Origin: Deltaproteobacteria bacterium
Lineage (GTDB): Bacteria > Myxococcota > Kuafuiibacteriia > Kuafuiibacteriales > Kuafuiibacteriaceae
Direction of reading: 5' to 3'
NCBI GenBank assembly: GCA_040218735.1
Contig: JAVJQW010000006.1
Location: 64,001 to 128,000 of the forward strand
DNA: 64,000 nt
Shown here: one piece after another, positions 28,739 to 38,565 of the stretch
Position numbering within the stretch: position 1 is the first letter of the stretch
Layout: every line of letters starts with the position of its first letter
Made by a program: the position numbers and the translations under genes
Notes under the pieces: model-generated
Seen by the model: only the letters and a program-made list of their open reading frames with translations
The model's database searches: none
Told to the model about the DNA's origin: nothing

Positions 28739-29827
28739 TCAACGCACTGCGGTCGAGGTCGCGATGCGCTCCGACTTCGCGGCGAGGTACCGCGCGACCA
28801 CGTCCGCGTAGCGTCGGTGGGCGAGGGCGCTCGGGTGCCAGTCGTGCGGGAGGTTCGTGTAGCGCGGGTCGTCGTAGTCGACGGACAGGTCGAGCGACTC
28901 GATGCCGCGCGCCGCGGCGAAGCGCTGGAGCGCCTTGGCTCTCGGTGAGTCGTCGAGGAGCGCGAGCACGAGCTGGACGCCGCGTGCGTCGCAGGCACGC
29001 GAGAGCAAGGCGAGCGCGCGCTCGGTGACGTGGTCGTCGACCGCGTCGTGATCCCGCCGCTGGACGAACACGTTCTCGACCGCGTTGACCGTCGCGGACC
29101 AGCCGCGCCCGGGGGCATCGTGGTGCAGCTCCGTGACCGGAACGAGCTGCAGCTCACCGTCGGCGAGGCGCGGGAAGTGTGCGTGGCGCGCGGCTTGTCG
29201 AGCATCGCCGGCGATCGCCCCCGCGGCGCCGCCCTCGGCGAGGAAGACGTCGCGGAGGAGCTGTCCGTAGGAGGGCGCGAGCGCGTTTCGCGCGTCGTGG
29301 AAGTCGAGGTAGCCGACGACGAGTCGTTCGGGGACGACGCCGATCTCCTCGAGCGCCTCCAGCTGCAAGATGGCTTGCAACGTGCCGTGTCCGGGGACCG
29401 CCGCGTTCACGATCTGTCGGTCCCCGATTCGATTCTGGACGAGGAACGGGTAGCTCTCTTCGTCATCCACGCCGTACCCGTAGGAGAACGAGCCGCCGGT
29501 GATCAGCACGGTGGGTCGTGGGTCGTCGAGGATCGTCTGCTGCCCGCGTCGTGTGATGCGGTAACCCTCGCGGGTCTGTGTGGAGGTGAAGAGGAGGTCG
29601 TCGCGGACGCGGACGGAGAAGCGCCCGGCGCCCAGCCCGAACCCGAGCTCGGGGTGGGGGACGAGGCACCCGGACGGCGTCGATTCGACGTCCTGCTCGA
29701 TGGGGCGGTAGGCCTCGAAGCCCGCCGCGCGGAGGAGGACCTCGACGCCCAACGCGACGGTGATCACGACGAACACCGCTGTCGCGCCGAGCCGGGTCGA
29801 GCGTCGCACGGGCTCCACCCTATCCAT
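28739..29827 (-). CDS. Membrane-anchored SGNH/GDSL hydrolase
   Basis: N-terminal TM; GGSFSYGYGV, NAAVPGHG and DWHPSALAH. Confidence 0.8.
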   Translation of the reverse strand: MDRVEPVRRSTRLGATAVFVVITVALGVEVLLRAAGFEAYRPIEQDVESTPSGCLVPHPELGFGLGAGRFSVRVRDDLLFTSTQTREGYRITRRGQQTILDDPRPTVLITGGSFSYGYGVDDEESYPFLVQNRIGDRQIVNAAVPGHGTLQAILQLEALEEIGVVPERLVVGYLDFHDARNALAPSYGQLLRDVFLAEGGAAGAIAGDARQAARHAHFPRLADGELQLVPVTELHHDAPGRGWSATVNAVENVFVQRRDHDAVDDHVTERALALLSRACDARGVQLVLALLDDSPRAKALQRFAAARGIESLDLSVDYDDPRYTNLPHDWHPSALAHRRYADVVARYLAAKSERIATSTAVR

Positions 29828-29916
29828 TAATCCGGGCCTTAAGCGACACGTGGGGTCCCGAGTGCGAAAACTCTCCTTGTCAGCGCGGCACAAAGAGCGC
29901 TGCCCAGGAGGAAGAC

Positions 29917-30153
29917 ATGAGCGAAATGATGGCGAACTTTCAGCAGAGTGTGCGGGACGTGCGGTCCACCAAGAAGGGTGTGGGCGACGGGAAGAAGTCG
30001 ATCTCCGACGGCGAGGTGCGGGGCATCGTGGATCAGCTCGCGCAGATGGAAGGGACGGACCGGACCCAGGCGATCAACTTCGTCCGGAAGACGGATCCGG
30101 AGCTGCGTTCCCTCCTTCGCCAGTACCAGCCGATCGCGCCGGCCCAGCGCTGA
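29917..30153 (+). CDS. Small hypothetical protein
   Basis: Strong SD (AGGAGG) before the ATG; 78 aa. Confidence 0.6.
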   Translation: MSEMMANFQQSVRDVRSTKKGVGDGKKSISDGEVRGIVDQLAQMEGTDRTQAINFVRKTDPELRSLLRQYQPIAPAQR

Positions 30154-30170
30154 AAGACGAGGACAACCCG

Positions 30171-30581
30171 ATGACGAACGCAAAGCAGTCCACCGCCCGA
30201 ATTCTTCTGCAGGCCCTCGTGCATGACGGGGATCAGCTCGTGCTCGACGCCGCCGGGACGACGGTGGTGCGAGGTGTGCTCGACGCCGCGGGCGAGGAGC
30301 TCGGCGAAGCACTGATGGCGGTTGTGGAGGTCGCGTACGTCGTCGAGGGTGACGGTCACGTGCAGCTCGCGGAGGCGCTGCGGGCGCTCGCCTCGGAGCA
30401 GACGGAGCGGTTCGGTGCACATGTGGAGCGGCTCCGTCATCGGGTGGAAGATCGGCATCGCGCGAAGCGTCGCCGGTTCGAGGCGTTCGCCGGCGCGCCG
30501 GCACGTGTTGCACGTCCGCGCGCGGTCGGGGGGGTACGCGTTGCGGACCTGCTCCCGCCGCGCCGAATCACCGCGCGATGA
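30171..30581 (+). CDS. Hypothetical protein
   Basis: SD GAGGA; follows the small ORF in an operon-like arrangement. Confidence 0.6.
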   Translation: MTNAKQSTARILLQALVHDGDQLVLDAAGTTVVRGVLDAAGEELGEALMAVVEVAYVVEGDGHVQLAEALRALASEQTERFGAHVERLRHRVEDRHRAKRRRFEAFAGAPARVARPRAVGGVRVADLLPPRRITAR

Positions 30582-30636
30582 GGGGCAGCGCCGGTAGGCC
30601 TGAGGTTCCGCTTCGGCTAACCTCCCGGTCGCCGCG

Positions 30637-31125
30637 ATGCTCGACGAACACGAGAAGCACAACATCCAAAGATCCTGGCGACTCGTCGAACCGATCAAGG
30701 AGACCGCCGCGGATCTGTTCTATCGACGCCTGTTCGAGCTCGAGCCGCGTTACCGCGCGCTCTTCCCCGACGACCTCGGCTCGCAGAAGCGCAAGCTCAT
30801 CAAGATGCTCGCGTTCATCGTGCAGTCGCTCGACTATCCGGAGACCGCGTGGCGCGCGGAGACCCCCGAGGAGAACGACCTGTTCTTGGTGACGTTGGCG
30901 CTCGGGCGTCGGCACCGCGAGCTGTACCACGTCCCGGATGCCGCCTACGCGACGGTGGGTTCCGCGCTGCTGTGGGCGCTGGATCAGGGGCTGGGCGAGG
31001 CGTTCACGAAGGACGTCCACGACGCGTGGGCGCACGTCTATCAGCTCCTCGAGACGATCATGCGCATGGGTCGCGGCGCGACGAAGCTCGGCGCGCCGAT
31101 CGTCGACTCCGGTAGCTGGGACTGA
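30637..31125 (+). CDS. Single-domain globin (flavohaemoglobin-type globin domain)
   Basis: FYRRLFELEP..LF, QKRKL, LGRRH (proximal His) and YATVGSALLWAL. Confidence 0.88.
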   Translation: MLDEHEKHNIQRSWRLVEPIKETAADLFYRRLFELEPRYRALFPDDLGSQKRKLIKMLAFIVQSLDYPETAWRAETPEENDLFLVTLALGRRHRELYHVPDAAYATVGSALLWALDQGLGEAFTKDVHDAWAHVYQLLETIMRMGRGATKLGAPIVDSGSWD

Positions 31126-31126
31126 G

Positions 31127-31633
31127 TCAGAACGCGTAGCCGACGGACAGCGACGGCAAGAAGTTCGCGTCGACGTCCTCGTCGCCGGAGGCGACCAACA
31201 TCTGGATCCCCGAGCGGAGCAGCAGCCCGCCGTCCGGCGCCTGGTAGCGGTAGCCGACGAAGCCCGAGTAGAGGTTGTCGTCGTCGCCCCGCGAGAACGT
31301 GCGTCCAACGCTCACGCTGGTCTCGAGGTGGTGGTCGCCGTCGAAGAAGAACTTGCCGGCGCTGATCGCGAGGAAGCCGTAGTCACTCTCGTCGCCGATC
31401 GCGAGCAGGGAGCCCGTCGCCCGTACGACGAACTGCAAGGGGAGCTGGTACTCGAAGTTCGCGGCGTAGAGGGGGATGATCGCGCTCGCTTCGAAGAACA
31501 CCGCGAACTGCGCGCGGTCGATCGTGGTCCGAGCTTCCGTGGCGGGTTGAGCGTCGGGGGTCGGCTCTTCGGCGAACGCGGTCGACGCCGCGCCGAGCGA
31601 CAGAGCGGTGATGAGCGTGAGGGTTCGTTTCAT
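31127..31633 (-). CDS. Secreted/outer-membrane beta-barrel-like protein
   Basis: Signal peptide; GYRYQ motif; C-terminal SLSVGYAF (terminal Phe). Confidence 0.65.
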   Translation of the reverse strand: MKRTLTLITALSLGAASTAFAEEPTPDAQPATEARTTIDRAQFAVFFEASAIIPLYAANFEYQLPLQFVVRATGSLLAIGDESDYGFLAISAGKFFFDGDHHLETSVSVGRTFSRGDDDNLYSGFVGYRYQAPDGGLLLRSGIQMLVASGDEDVDANFLPSLSVGYAF

Positions 31634-31732
31634 GCGGGCCCGAAGAGCAGCAATCGGGCCAGGACGTTTCGAGGTCTGCGGGGCGGGGCACCTGTGTCGA
31701 ACGCTGCACAGTGCTCCGAACGGTGCACACCG

Positions 31733-33067
31733 CTACAGGAGGAACGGTGAGAGGTCGTCCGGTTCGTCGGACTTCTGCACCGGTTCGAGGCGGTCGTCTA
31801 TCTCCTCGGCGAGCATCTCGAACAACCACGCGAGCGATCGGTGATCGCGGAACGCGTCGAGGGGTTGGCCCTGCGCGGCGGCCGCGAGGAGCGCGGGGGT
31901 GCGCGGGATCGTCGTGGCGAACAGCCAGGACGGGTCGACCGTTTCGGTCGCCGAGGTGAAGGCGCTGACGGATCCGTTCTGGGTGCGGTCGAACATGTTG
32001 ATCACCACGCCGAGGACGTCGGCGGAGCGATTCATGCGGTCGAGGAACGCGCGGAACATCCCGAACGAGCGCGACGCGATCGGCTCGGACTGGAGGACAC
32101 CTACGACGTGCGTCGCGGCGCCGATGATCTGTGCGGCGGTCCCGTTCATCCCGGCGGGGGCGTCGATGAGGACGAGGTCGGCGTCCCGGGTGAGCGGGGC
32201 GACGAGCTCGCGGAGCTCCTCGGAGGTCGGGGTGCGGAGCATCGCGTCCGCGTCGAGCTCGGCGCCGATCGCGGGGACGATGCGGAGGTTCGACATCCGC
32301 GTCTTGATCGCGAGGGCGTTGGGATCGACGAGCTGCCCGACGACGTCGTAGACGCCGCGCTGCGCGCGCTCGCGCGAGGCGACGGCGGAGAGCACGTCAC
32401 CGTTCACGTCGCAGTCGACGAGCACGACGCGTTTGCCGCGTTTCGCGAGGCCGATCGCGACGTGCAGCGCGATGGTGGTCTTGCCGCAGCCGCCCTTGGG
32501 GCTGACGAACGCGATGACCGGGCACTTCAAAGAAGCGGTGGCCGAGGTCTTGGGGGCGCGCGCGGGTTCGGGCGGTGTCGGGATCGGCGTCGGCTCGAGC
32601 GGCCCCGGGCTCGGTGCGGGGCGCGCGGTGGCCGGCGCGCGGAGGTCCGGCGCGCGGAGGTCGGGCATCGGGGTGGTGATTCGTGTCGGCGTGGTGATCG
32701 GCGCCGGTGCGGCCTGGATCGGCGCGGCGGCGCCGGCGTTTTCGTACTGGGAAACGAGCTGAGCCGTCAGGCGCGCGATGGGGGTGAGCGGCTCATCGTG
32801 AGACTCGAGCCGCTCCACGCGAAACGTCTGCAGGGGTAGGGCAAAGAGGCGCCGGAGGGCGGCGAAGCCCGAGGCGTCGCTGCCGATCAGCTGCACGCCG
32901 AGGATCATGCCGGCTTTGAGTGTGACGCAGCCGGAGAGCCCGTTGGGGCCGAACAGCTCGACCGAGAGGAGCTGTCGACTGATCGAGAGCGCCTGGAGGA
33001 CGTCGGCGACCGAGAGGTCTCCGAACTCGCCGCGCACGACCGTCTTTTCAGAAGTCAAATCGACCAT
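31733..33067 (-). CDS. ParA/MinD-family ATPase with N-terminal DUF4388 (PATAN-like) domain
   Basis: N-terminus GEFGDLSVADVLQ; deviant Walker A SPKGGCGKTT; LVDCD and LIDAPAG. Confidence 0.8.
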   Translation of the reverse strand: MVDLTSEKTVVRGEFGDLSVADVLQALSISRQLLSVELFGPNGLSGCVTLKAGMILGVQLIGSDASGFAALRRLFALPLQTFRVERLESHDEPLTPIARLTAQLVSQYENAGAAAPIQAAPAPITTPTRITTPMPDLRAPDLRAPATARPAPSPGPLEPTPIPTPPEPARAPKTSATASLKCPVIAFVSPKGGCGKTTIALHVAIGLAKRGKRVVLVDCDVNGDVLSAVASRERAQRGVYDVVGQLVDPNALAIKTRMSNLRIVPAIGAELDADAMLRTPTSEELRELVAPLTRDADLVLIDAPAGMNGTAAQIIGAATHVVGVLQSEPIASRSFGMFRAFLDRMNRSADVLGVVINMFDRTQNGSVSAFTSATETVDPSWLFATTIPRTPALLAAAAQGQPLDAFRDHRSLAWLFEMLAEEIDDRLEPVQKSDEPDDLSPFLL

Positions 33068-33188
33068 TCCGTGGGGTGAGAGTCACCCAAAACCGACCCG
33101 ATGTCATGGTGAGACGTGCGCGTACTCCATTCGTATCCCGAGGCTCGCGAAATGCGGTGAACCCGAGCGCGAGCGCAAGGAGAGGCTT

Positions 33189-33977
33189 TCAGATGGCGGT
33201 GACGAGGCTGCGCTCGATGGCCCCGGCGACGCCGTCCCAGAGGACGAGGCGGGCTTCGAGGGCGCGGACGGCGGCGTCGCTCGCGGCGTTCCAGCGATCG
33301 TCGTCGTCGCCGCAGAGCTCTTCGACGAGCGACAGGGCCATGGGGCCGTGGTGGTCGCCGTCGAGCTCGATGTGGCGCTCGAGGTAGTAGCGCAGCCCGC
33401 CGAGGTGTCCGGGCGCGGCGTCGTCGAGGCGGTCGACGATCTTCTGGAACACGTCGGGCAGCAGGTCCTCGCGACCGAACGTGAACGCGGCGGCGGCTTC
33501 ATGGGGCCGGTCCGCGAGCGCGAACGTCTCACACACGAAGTGCCGCACCGGCAGCGGGGCGCGGGCGGCGTCGAGCGCCGAGCGGAGGGTGTCGCGGCCT
33601 TCGAGGTGTCCGAGGAAGTCGTCGACGGTCTCGGTCGACGCGCCCGCCTGCACCATGGCGCTCTTGTACAGCTCGAAGTGGCTCGCGTAGCCGCCGTCGC
33701 CGTCGGCGTCGCTCTCCTCGCCGAGGACGATCTCGTTGATGAACCGGCAGGCTTTGCGGCTGACCGACGGACGCCACGGTACTTCGGTACAGGTCACGTG
33801 CTGCTGGAGCACTTTGAGGAGGGTCATGAAGTCCCACACGGCGAACACGTGGTGGGCCATGAACAGGTGCATGGCCTCCATGGAGTCCATGCGTTCGTAC
33901 ATCGGGTGCCCGAGCAGGAGCCGACGTATCGGTTCACAACGTTTCTCGATCTGCCGAAGCCGCGCGTTGGTGAGCAT
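33189..33977 (-). CDS. DUF3050 heme-oxygenase-like protein
   Basis: Motifs HVFAVWDFM, INEIVLGEESD, SHFELY and YYLERHIELDGDHHGP. Confidence 0.85.
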   Translation of the reverse strand: MLTNARLRQIEKRCEPIRRLLLGHPMYERMDSMEAMHLFMAHHVFAVWDFMTLLKVLQQHVTCTEVPWRPSVSRKACRFINEIVLGEESDADGDGGYASHFELYKSAMVQAGASTETVDDFLGHLEGRDTLRSALDAARAPLPVRHFVCETFALADRPHEAAAAFTFGREDLLPDVFQKIVDRLDDAAPGHLGGLRYYLERHIELDGDHHGPMALSLVEELCGDDDDRWNAASDAAVRALEARLVLWDGVAGAIERSLVTAI

Positions 33978-34122
33978 GTTTTTCAGTACAGACGTGTGGA
34001 ATACGAATCGTCGAGGGCCACCTTGACGCAGGCCCCCGTCTTGATCATGCGGCTAACCCACGCGAGCCCACCTGTCACCCGTAGCAGTCGTTGCATTCGT
34101 GACGAGGAGGTTGGCGATGGCG

Positions 34123-34138
34123 CGCAAGTCAACTTGCG
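34123..34138. promoter_or_regulatory. Palindromic operator candidate upstream of the DUF3050 gene
   Basis: CGCAAGT-CA-ACTTGCG is a perfect 7-bp inverted repeat containing TTGACT on the minus strand, in an AT-richer intergenic region. Confidence 0.35.
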
Positions 34139-34211
34139 AAAGCGTGTATCAGGCCGGGACGATTTTTTTCGCATTTTGTTGGCACGCGTAGCCGGCGTGC
34201 GGTGCGCGCGC

Positions 34212-35369
34212 TCACTGTGTGCAGGCTTCGAAGAGCGCGAGCGCGTGTTCGACCTCGTCGTCTTCTCCGGAGCTCGTCGTCAGCGCGAACGCCCCTCGGT
34301 GTCCGGCCAGTGACATGCCGAGGCGTGGGTTCTTGATGACGACGTTCGGCAGGAACGGGCTGCCGGCGAGTGGCGCGAGGTCTGCGTCGAAGACGAACAG
34401 CTCGACGTACGCCGCGCCCCGCGGCGCGTAGGCGACGGCGATCGCGCCGTCGACGGCTGCGAATTGGGTGAAGCCGCGATCCGGTGCGCGCGCGATGTCG
34501 GCGCCGAAGCGCAGCGCTCGGGTCGCGGGGTCGAACGCGGCGACGCGGAGTTGATCGTCTTGGCGGAAGAGGAGGGCGATCTCGCGCCCGAAGGCCGCGG
34601 CGTGGACGACCTGCGCTTCGTCGGGCCCTTGGACGAGGTATTGTGTCGCGCTGCCCGACGGGTCGAGCGCGGCGACGCCGAGCTGGCCAGTGACGTCGCC
34701 CTCGTCGTCGTAGGCGACGTAGTCGACGCCGTCCACCGTCACGACTTCGGTGGGGGTCGGCAGGTCGAGGTCGAAGGTGACGCCGCGCGGCGGATCTTCC
34801 ATCGAGTAGACGCGCCGTCGCAGCCGCCGCTCGTCGTGCGTGAAGATCGCGACCCCGTCGTCGTCCTGCACCGCGCCGCGGATGAGGTCGTTCGAGAACG
34901 TACCGGAGCTGCGCGCGCGGCCGATCGGAGACACGTAGTACGCCACGGCTCTGAAGTCGGGCCGCGTGCTGCTGAAGGCGATCGCGTAGCCGACGTCGCG
35001 CTCGAAGATCGCGTGCGCGAAGTTCACGGACTCCATCAACACGAAGAGCGGCGTCGGCTCCCCACCCTCCCGCGCGTACCGAAGCCCCGCGACGCCGCTC
35101 GCCGGCCTGCCGTCCGCCACGGTCTCGATCGGCAACGCGACATGGAACCCGCTCGGCTGCGCCGTCACGCTCGCGACCAACGCCACGGGCACGAGCCGCG
35201 CGGGGTGCTCGATCCGCCGCCCCTCGACGAACCCGACCTCACACGGCTCGACGAACCCGGCGTCGGACGCGACGCCCGCGTCGGGGAGGGCGTCGCTGGG
35301 CCCGAGGTCGAGGACCTCGGCGCTGCAACCGACGAGCAGGAAGCAAGCGAGGGGGCGGACGGATCGCAT
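34212..35369 (-). CDS. Hypothetical lipoprotein (beta-propeller-like)
   Basis: MRSVRPLACFLLVGC lipobox and DAG linker. Confidence 0.65.
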   Translation of the reverse strand: MRSVRPLACFLLVGCSAEVLDLGPSDALPDAGVASDAGFVEPCEVGFVEGRRIEHPARLVPVALVASVTAQPSGFHVALPIETVADGRPASGVAGLRYAREGGEPTPLFVLMESVNFAHAIFERDVGYAIAFSSTRPDFRAVAYYVSPIGRARSSGTFSNDLIRGAVQDDDGVAIFTHDERRLRRRVYSMEDPPRGVTFDLDLPTPTEVVTVDGVDYVAYDDEGDVTGQLGVAALDPSGSATQYLVQGPDEAQVVHAAAFGREIALLFRQDDQLRVAAFDPATRALRFGADIARAPDRGFTQFAAVDGAIAVAYAPRGAAYVELFVFDADLAPLAGSPFLPNVVIKNPRLGMSLAGHRGAFALTTSSGEDDEVEHALALFEACTQ

Positions 35370-35522
35370 CAGCGTCGATGATGCGCGGGGACGACGCCCG
35401 CCCGAGTCCGAAAGATCGGGGGTGTGGAGCCAAAGACTACGGCGGAGATGTGCCCCACATAGGGCGCGAAGCGCCGGCAGTTCGGCGCCCGCAGCAAGGG
35501 GAATCGACCACGTACAAGACGA

Positions 35523-35578
35523 AGCCCCCATCGCGCCCGAAGGGCGCGGTGGGGGCTGAAGTCGAGTGGCCGACTTCA
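35523..35578 (-). terminator. Stem-loops downstream of the displaced tmRNA 3' end (probable ancestral ssrA terminator)
   Basis: AGCCCCCATCGCGCCC-GAA-GGGCGCGGTGGGGGCT followed by TGAAGTCG-AGTGGC-CGACTTCA. Confidence 0.55.
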
Positions 35579-35607
35579 CGGCGGCGCTCAGTGCCGGCGA
35601 AGCCGGG

Positions 35608-35631
35608 AATGGAGCCGGCGGGAATCGAACC
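35608..35631. repeat. att direct repeat (duplicated tmRNA 3' end)
   Basis: AATGGAGCCGGCGGGAATCGAACC is identical to 45614-45637. Confidence 0.92.
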
Positions 35632-36175
35632 GGCTCAGGCAAAACCATGAAACAGCTAGGTGGCGCGCGTGCTTGGGGCTCTTTCCGTAACCAAACCCAG
35701 CCGTTGTGTGGTCCCCCTTCCGCCGTCTGGTTCTGATCAATACCTCGAGGTTCCGCGGAGTCTGGGCACCATTTGGGCACACGATCAAAAGTTGGGGGGC
35801 CAACCGTGCCCGAGGGTCAACGGATGACGCGGCGGTCACTGCCGGAGATCCGCCGGGACGCCATCGCGAGGGCTGATCGTCTAGCGTCCATCGTCGCCAC
35901 ACCTCCCGCCCGCGGGCGCGGTGGATCGGAGACATCCCCTGGTCACGTCGTCCTCGCCTGCATCGCCGAATTGGACCAAGCAGGCCCAACCGGGTGTCAC
36001 CGCGGCGCCACAACGTGCACAGTCCGCGGCGCACTATTTCCGTAGCGCAAGTGCTACCGCTGCCGCTTGAGATCCGATAGGAGCGCCCGCCCCCGGCCAG
36101 CACGGAGGAAAGCGGCGACGACGGAGGTGCGCCGAGGCAGAACGCCGACATGCGAGCGGTACGACACAACACGCG

Positions 36176-38422
36176 ATGCTGTCAGTGATGCACAAGAGCG
36201 TCGTTCGCGCTGTTCGGGTAGCGCGCGGATGGTCTCGCGTAATAGATTCATTGAGTGTGAAGACGGTGTCGGCGGCAGCAGCAATGGCCATCTTGTTGGC
36301 CACACACAATGTCCACGGGGCGCCATCCGCGGGGGCGATCGCGGTGTTTCACATCCGCAGTGTCGACACAAGCCGGGTTCCGCGAGCGGCAGTCGAGAAG
36401 CTGTCGAGTGAGCTGTCGGAGAGGCTAGCCGCGGAGGGCGAGGAGGTAGTGCCCGACGCTTCTCTCGGTCGCCTCCTGGAGGACCTTCAACGTAATTCAA
36501 TGTCGGCGTGCTACGACGAGAGCTGCCAGATCGAAATAGGGAGGGGGGTGGCGGCTCAGCAGGTTCTCCAGACGCGGATAGTTCAGTACGGAACCAGCGA
36601 ATGCGTCCTGACATCAGTTCTATTCGACCTAAGAACTGAGACAAGTGACTGGAGCTATTCACGCGCCCTCCCGTGTCGTTGGTCGGCCATCAGAGAGGCG
36701 GTTCTGGATATACCCCATCAACTAGTCGCAGGACGCAAGCGTAGGAAGAAGCAAGCGACGACGATAGCGGTCCTACCTCCGAAAGTTGGCGATAAGTCGC
36801 TGGCGCCTCCAATCTTTGTCGAGAGTTTCGCCCACTACTTCGCGATTCTTCTTGCGGAGACTGAGCAGTTTCGCGTTGTCCCTCCTTCGGCAGTGCTCAA
36901 GGTACTTCGCGAAAGGAAACTCGATTCCTACAGCGCGAGATACGACGAGACGAGCCAGGTAGCGGTGGGGGGCGCCCTCCCAGCCGAGGCTGTCGTCTCA
37001 TCGTCGATCGTCAAGAACGGTGACGTCTGCTCCGTCTCGGCAACGTTCTTTGACACGAGCCGGATATCAAGTACACGTGCTGTATCGACAAGGTCCTCTT
37101 GCCGCCCCTATGCTATTGCGCGCTCTTTCACGAGAATCGCGGAGGAGGTTGCCGGTCGACCTCTCGGGTCGCACGTTGAGAAGAGACGTCCTATCCGCTT
37201 CAACTCCATCCCACCCGGCGCCAGGGTCGTTCTCGATGGGGAGCCTGCGTGTTCGTCGACACCTTGCGTGCGCGACCTCGAAGAACGAGTGTACACGGCC
37301 GAATTCCTGCTCGATGACCACGTCCCGCGGCGGCGGGAGTTCGCTGTCGACGACGTGCGAGAGGTAACCGTCGAACTGAACTCGCGTTACGGATACTTGA
37401 CCTTCCTCGGCGGTGGTGGAGCAGGAGTCGCGATAGATGGAACTACGGTCGGCACTTCCCCGATCAGTAATCATAAGGTGAGACCGGGCACGCATGAGTT
37501 CAAAATTGTTGGGGACTGCTTCGAAGATGCCGCCAGTTCCGTTCACGCTGAGGCCGGTGAACATGTCGTTGTTCGACTGGAAACCTTCCGCCGGACGGTC
37601 AAGGTAAATCTAGTGGTTACAGACTCGCGAACGAAGGTGCCATTGTCGGGGGCGAGCCTCACTGCCGATGGACGGCGTATTCGCTTTGTTGACGGTACAG
37701 CGCATCTCCCGGCTTGCACCAAACGGATAGATGTCGAGAGGCGAGGTTATCGATCGAGGCAGATCGAGTTCGGCTCCGCCCTCACGTTCAACGAACAGGT
37801 CGTAGCTCCGCTCGAGGCGAAAGACTGGGTTGAGGCTAACTCTAAGTGGCTTCTTCGAGAAGAGGAGATGAACCTTGTTGAGTCTCAAATTCATCGGTAC
37901 TACTCCAGAGATATCGAGGTCTATGGAGTCCGTTGCCGAGCCAGGGGGGCTGTCGAGTGTGCTGTGTTTAATGGCGAAGAGCTTTTTATGGGATGTGTCT
38001 TGGCGCGAGACGCCGCCATGGATAGCCCAATGGGCGTGACCCACTGCAGTGCTGGGGGTACAGTCTACTTTGGCGACAATGTTGGTAGTCGTCGCGGGTT
38101 CAGGGCATGTTTGCTGTCACGGAACCAAAGGTATACGCCAGCCGGGACCCGTCGCGTGTCGATTCCATGCGCAAAGGGCGGTCTCGTGAAAATATCCAAT
38201 GACGGGCACCTCGTCGGATGTCGGCTTGAACAGAATCTAACGATCGACCGGGTTCATGCGCGCGCGATGGACTGGGTCCGATTTCACGATGAGGGCCAGT
38301 TTTGGTTCCTGAAGATTCCCGAGGCGCGATTGATACAAGGTCGCTTCTGCGAGGCTAGAGCAACTGTCTATTTCGAGGAGGACGGGAGGATCCGCGACTG
38401 CCAGGTGGAGTACGTCGACTAG
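36176..38422 (+). CDS. Secreted PEGA-domain protein with two N-terminal CsgG/TolB-N-like domains and C-terminal MORN-variant-like repeats (start possibly GTG 36257)
   Basis: Duplicated YDE(S/T)xQ(I/V)x(I/V)G; PEGA NSIPPGARVVLDG and VGTSPI; C-terminal V(Y/R)FxxxG repeats. Confidence 0.7.
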   Translation: MLSVMHKSVVRAVRVARGWSRVIDSLSVKTVSAAAAMAILLATHNVHGAPSAGAIAVFHIRSVDTSRVPRAAVEKLSSELSERLAAEGEEVVPDASLGRLLEDLQRNSMSACYDESCQIEIGRGVAAQQVLQTRIVQYGTSECVLTSVLFDLRTETSDWSYSRALPCRWSAIREAVLDIPHQLVAGRKRRKKQATTIAVLPPKVGDKSLAPPIFVESFAHYFAILLAETEQFRVVPPSAVLKVLRERKLDSYSARYDETSQVAVGGALPAEAVVSSSIVKNGDVCSVSATFFDTSRISSTRAVSTRSSCRPYAIARSFTRIAEEVAGRPLGSHVEKRRPIRFNSIPPGARVVLDGEPACSSTPCVRDLEERVYTAEFLLDDHVPRRREFAVDDVREVTVELNSRYGYLTFLGGGGAGVAIDGTTVGTSPISNHKVRPGTHEFKIVGDCFEDAASSVHAEAGEHVVVRLETFRRTVKVNLVVTDSRTKVPLSGASLTADGRRIRFVDGTAHLPACTKRIDVERRGYRSRQIEFGSALTFNEQVVAPLEAKDWVEANSKWLLREEEMNLVESQIHRYYSRDIEVYGVRCRARGAVECAVFNGEELFMGCVLARDAAMDSPMGVTHCSAGGTVYFGDNVGSRRGFRACLLSRNQRYTPAGTRRVSIPCAKGGLVKISNDGHLVGCRLEQNLTIDRVHARAMDWVRFHDEGQFWFLKIPEARLIQGRFCEARATVYFEEDGRIRDCQVEYVD

Positions 38423-38565
38423 CCTAGCCTAGAAAACTAACCTAATCCTAGTCCGGCCGAGCCTCAATGCCGATCTCTTAGCGATAGAACCTCGAAATCG
38501 TTAGCTCCTCGGCGCCGTCACGCGGCGCGCTCGAAGCGATATCGAAGCGAAGGACGACCATCTAT

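Noticed and set aside
33978-34211. Possible riboswitch in the long leader of the DUF3050 gene
   Set aside because: I could not match any known aptamer consensus by eye; an Rfam/Infernal scan would be needed.
35608-35631. tRNA-like sequence (T-arm and acceptor 3' half)
   Set aside because: Only 24 bp match and there is no 5' half; it is the duplicated tmRNA end (att site), not a tRNA gene.
35773-36045. Short ORF inside the island's left end
   Set aside because: No recognisable motif; it may be a remnant but cannot be supported as a gene.
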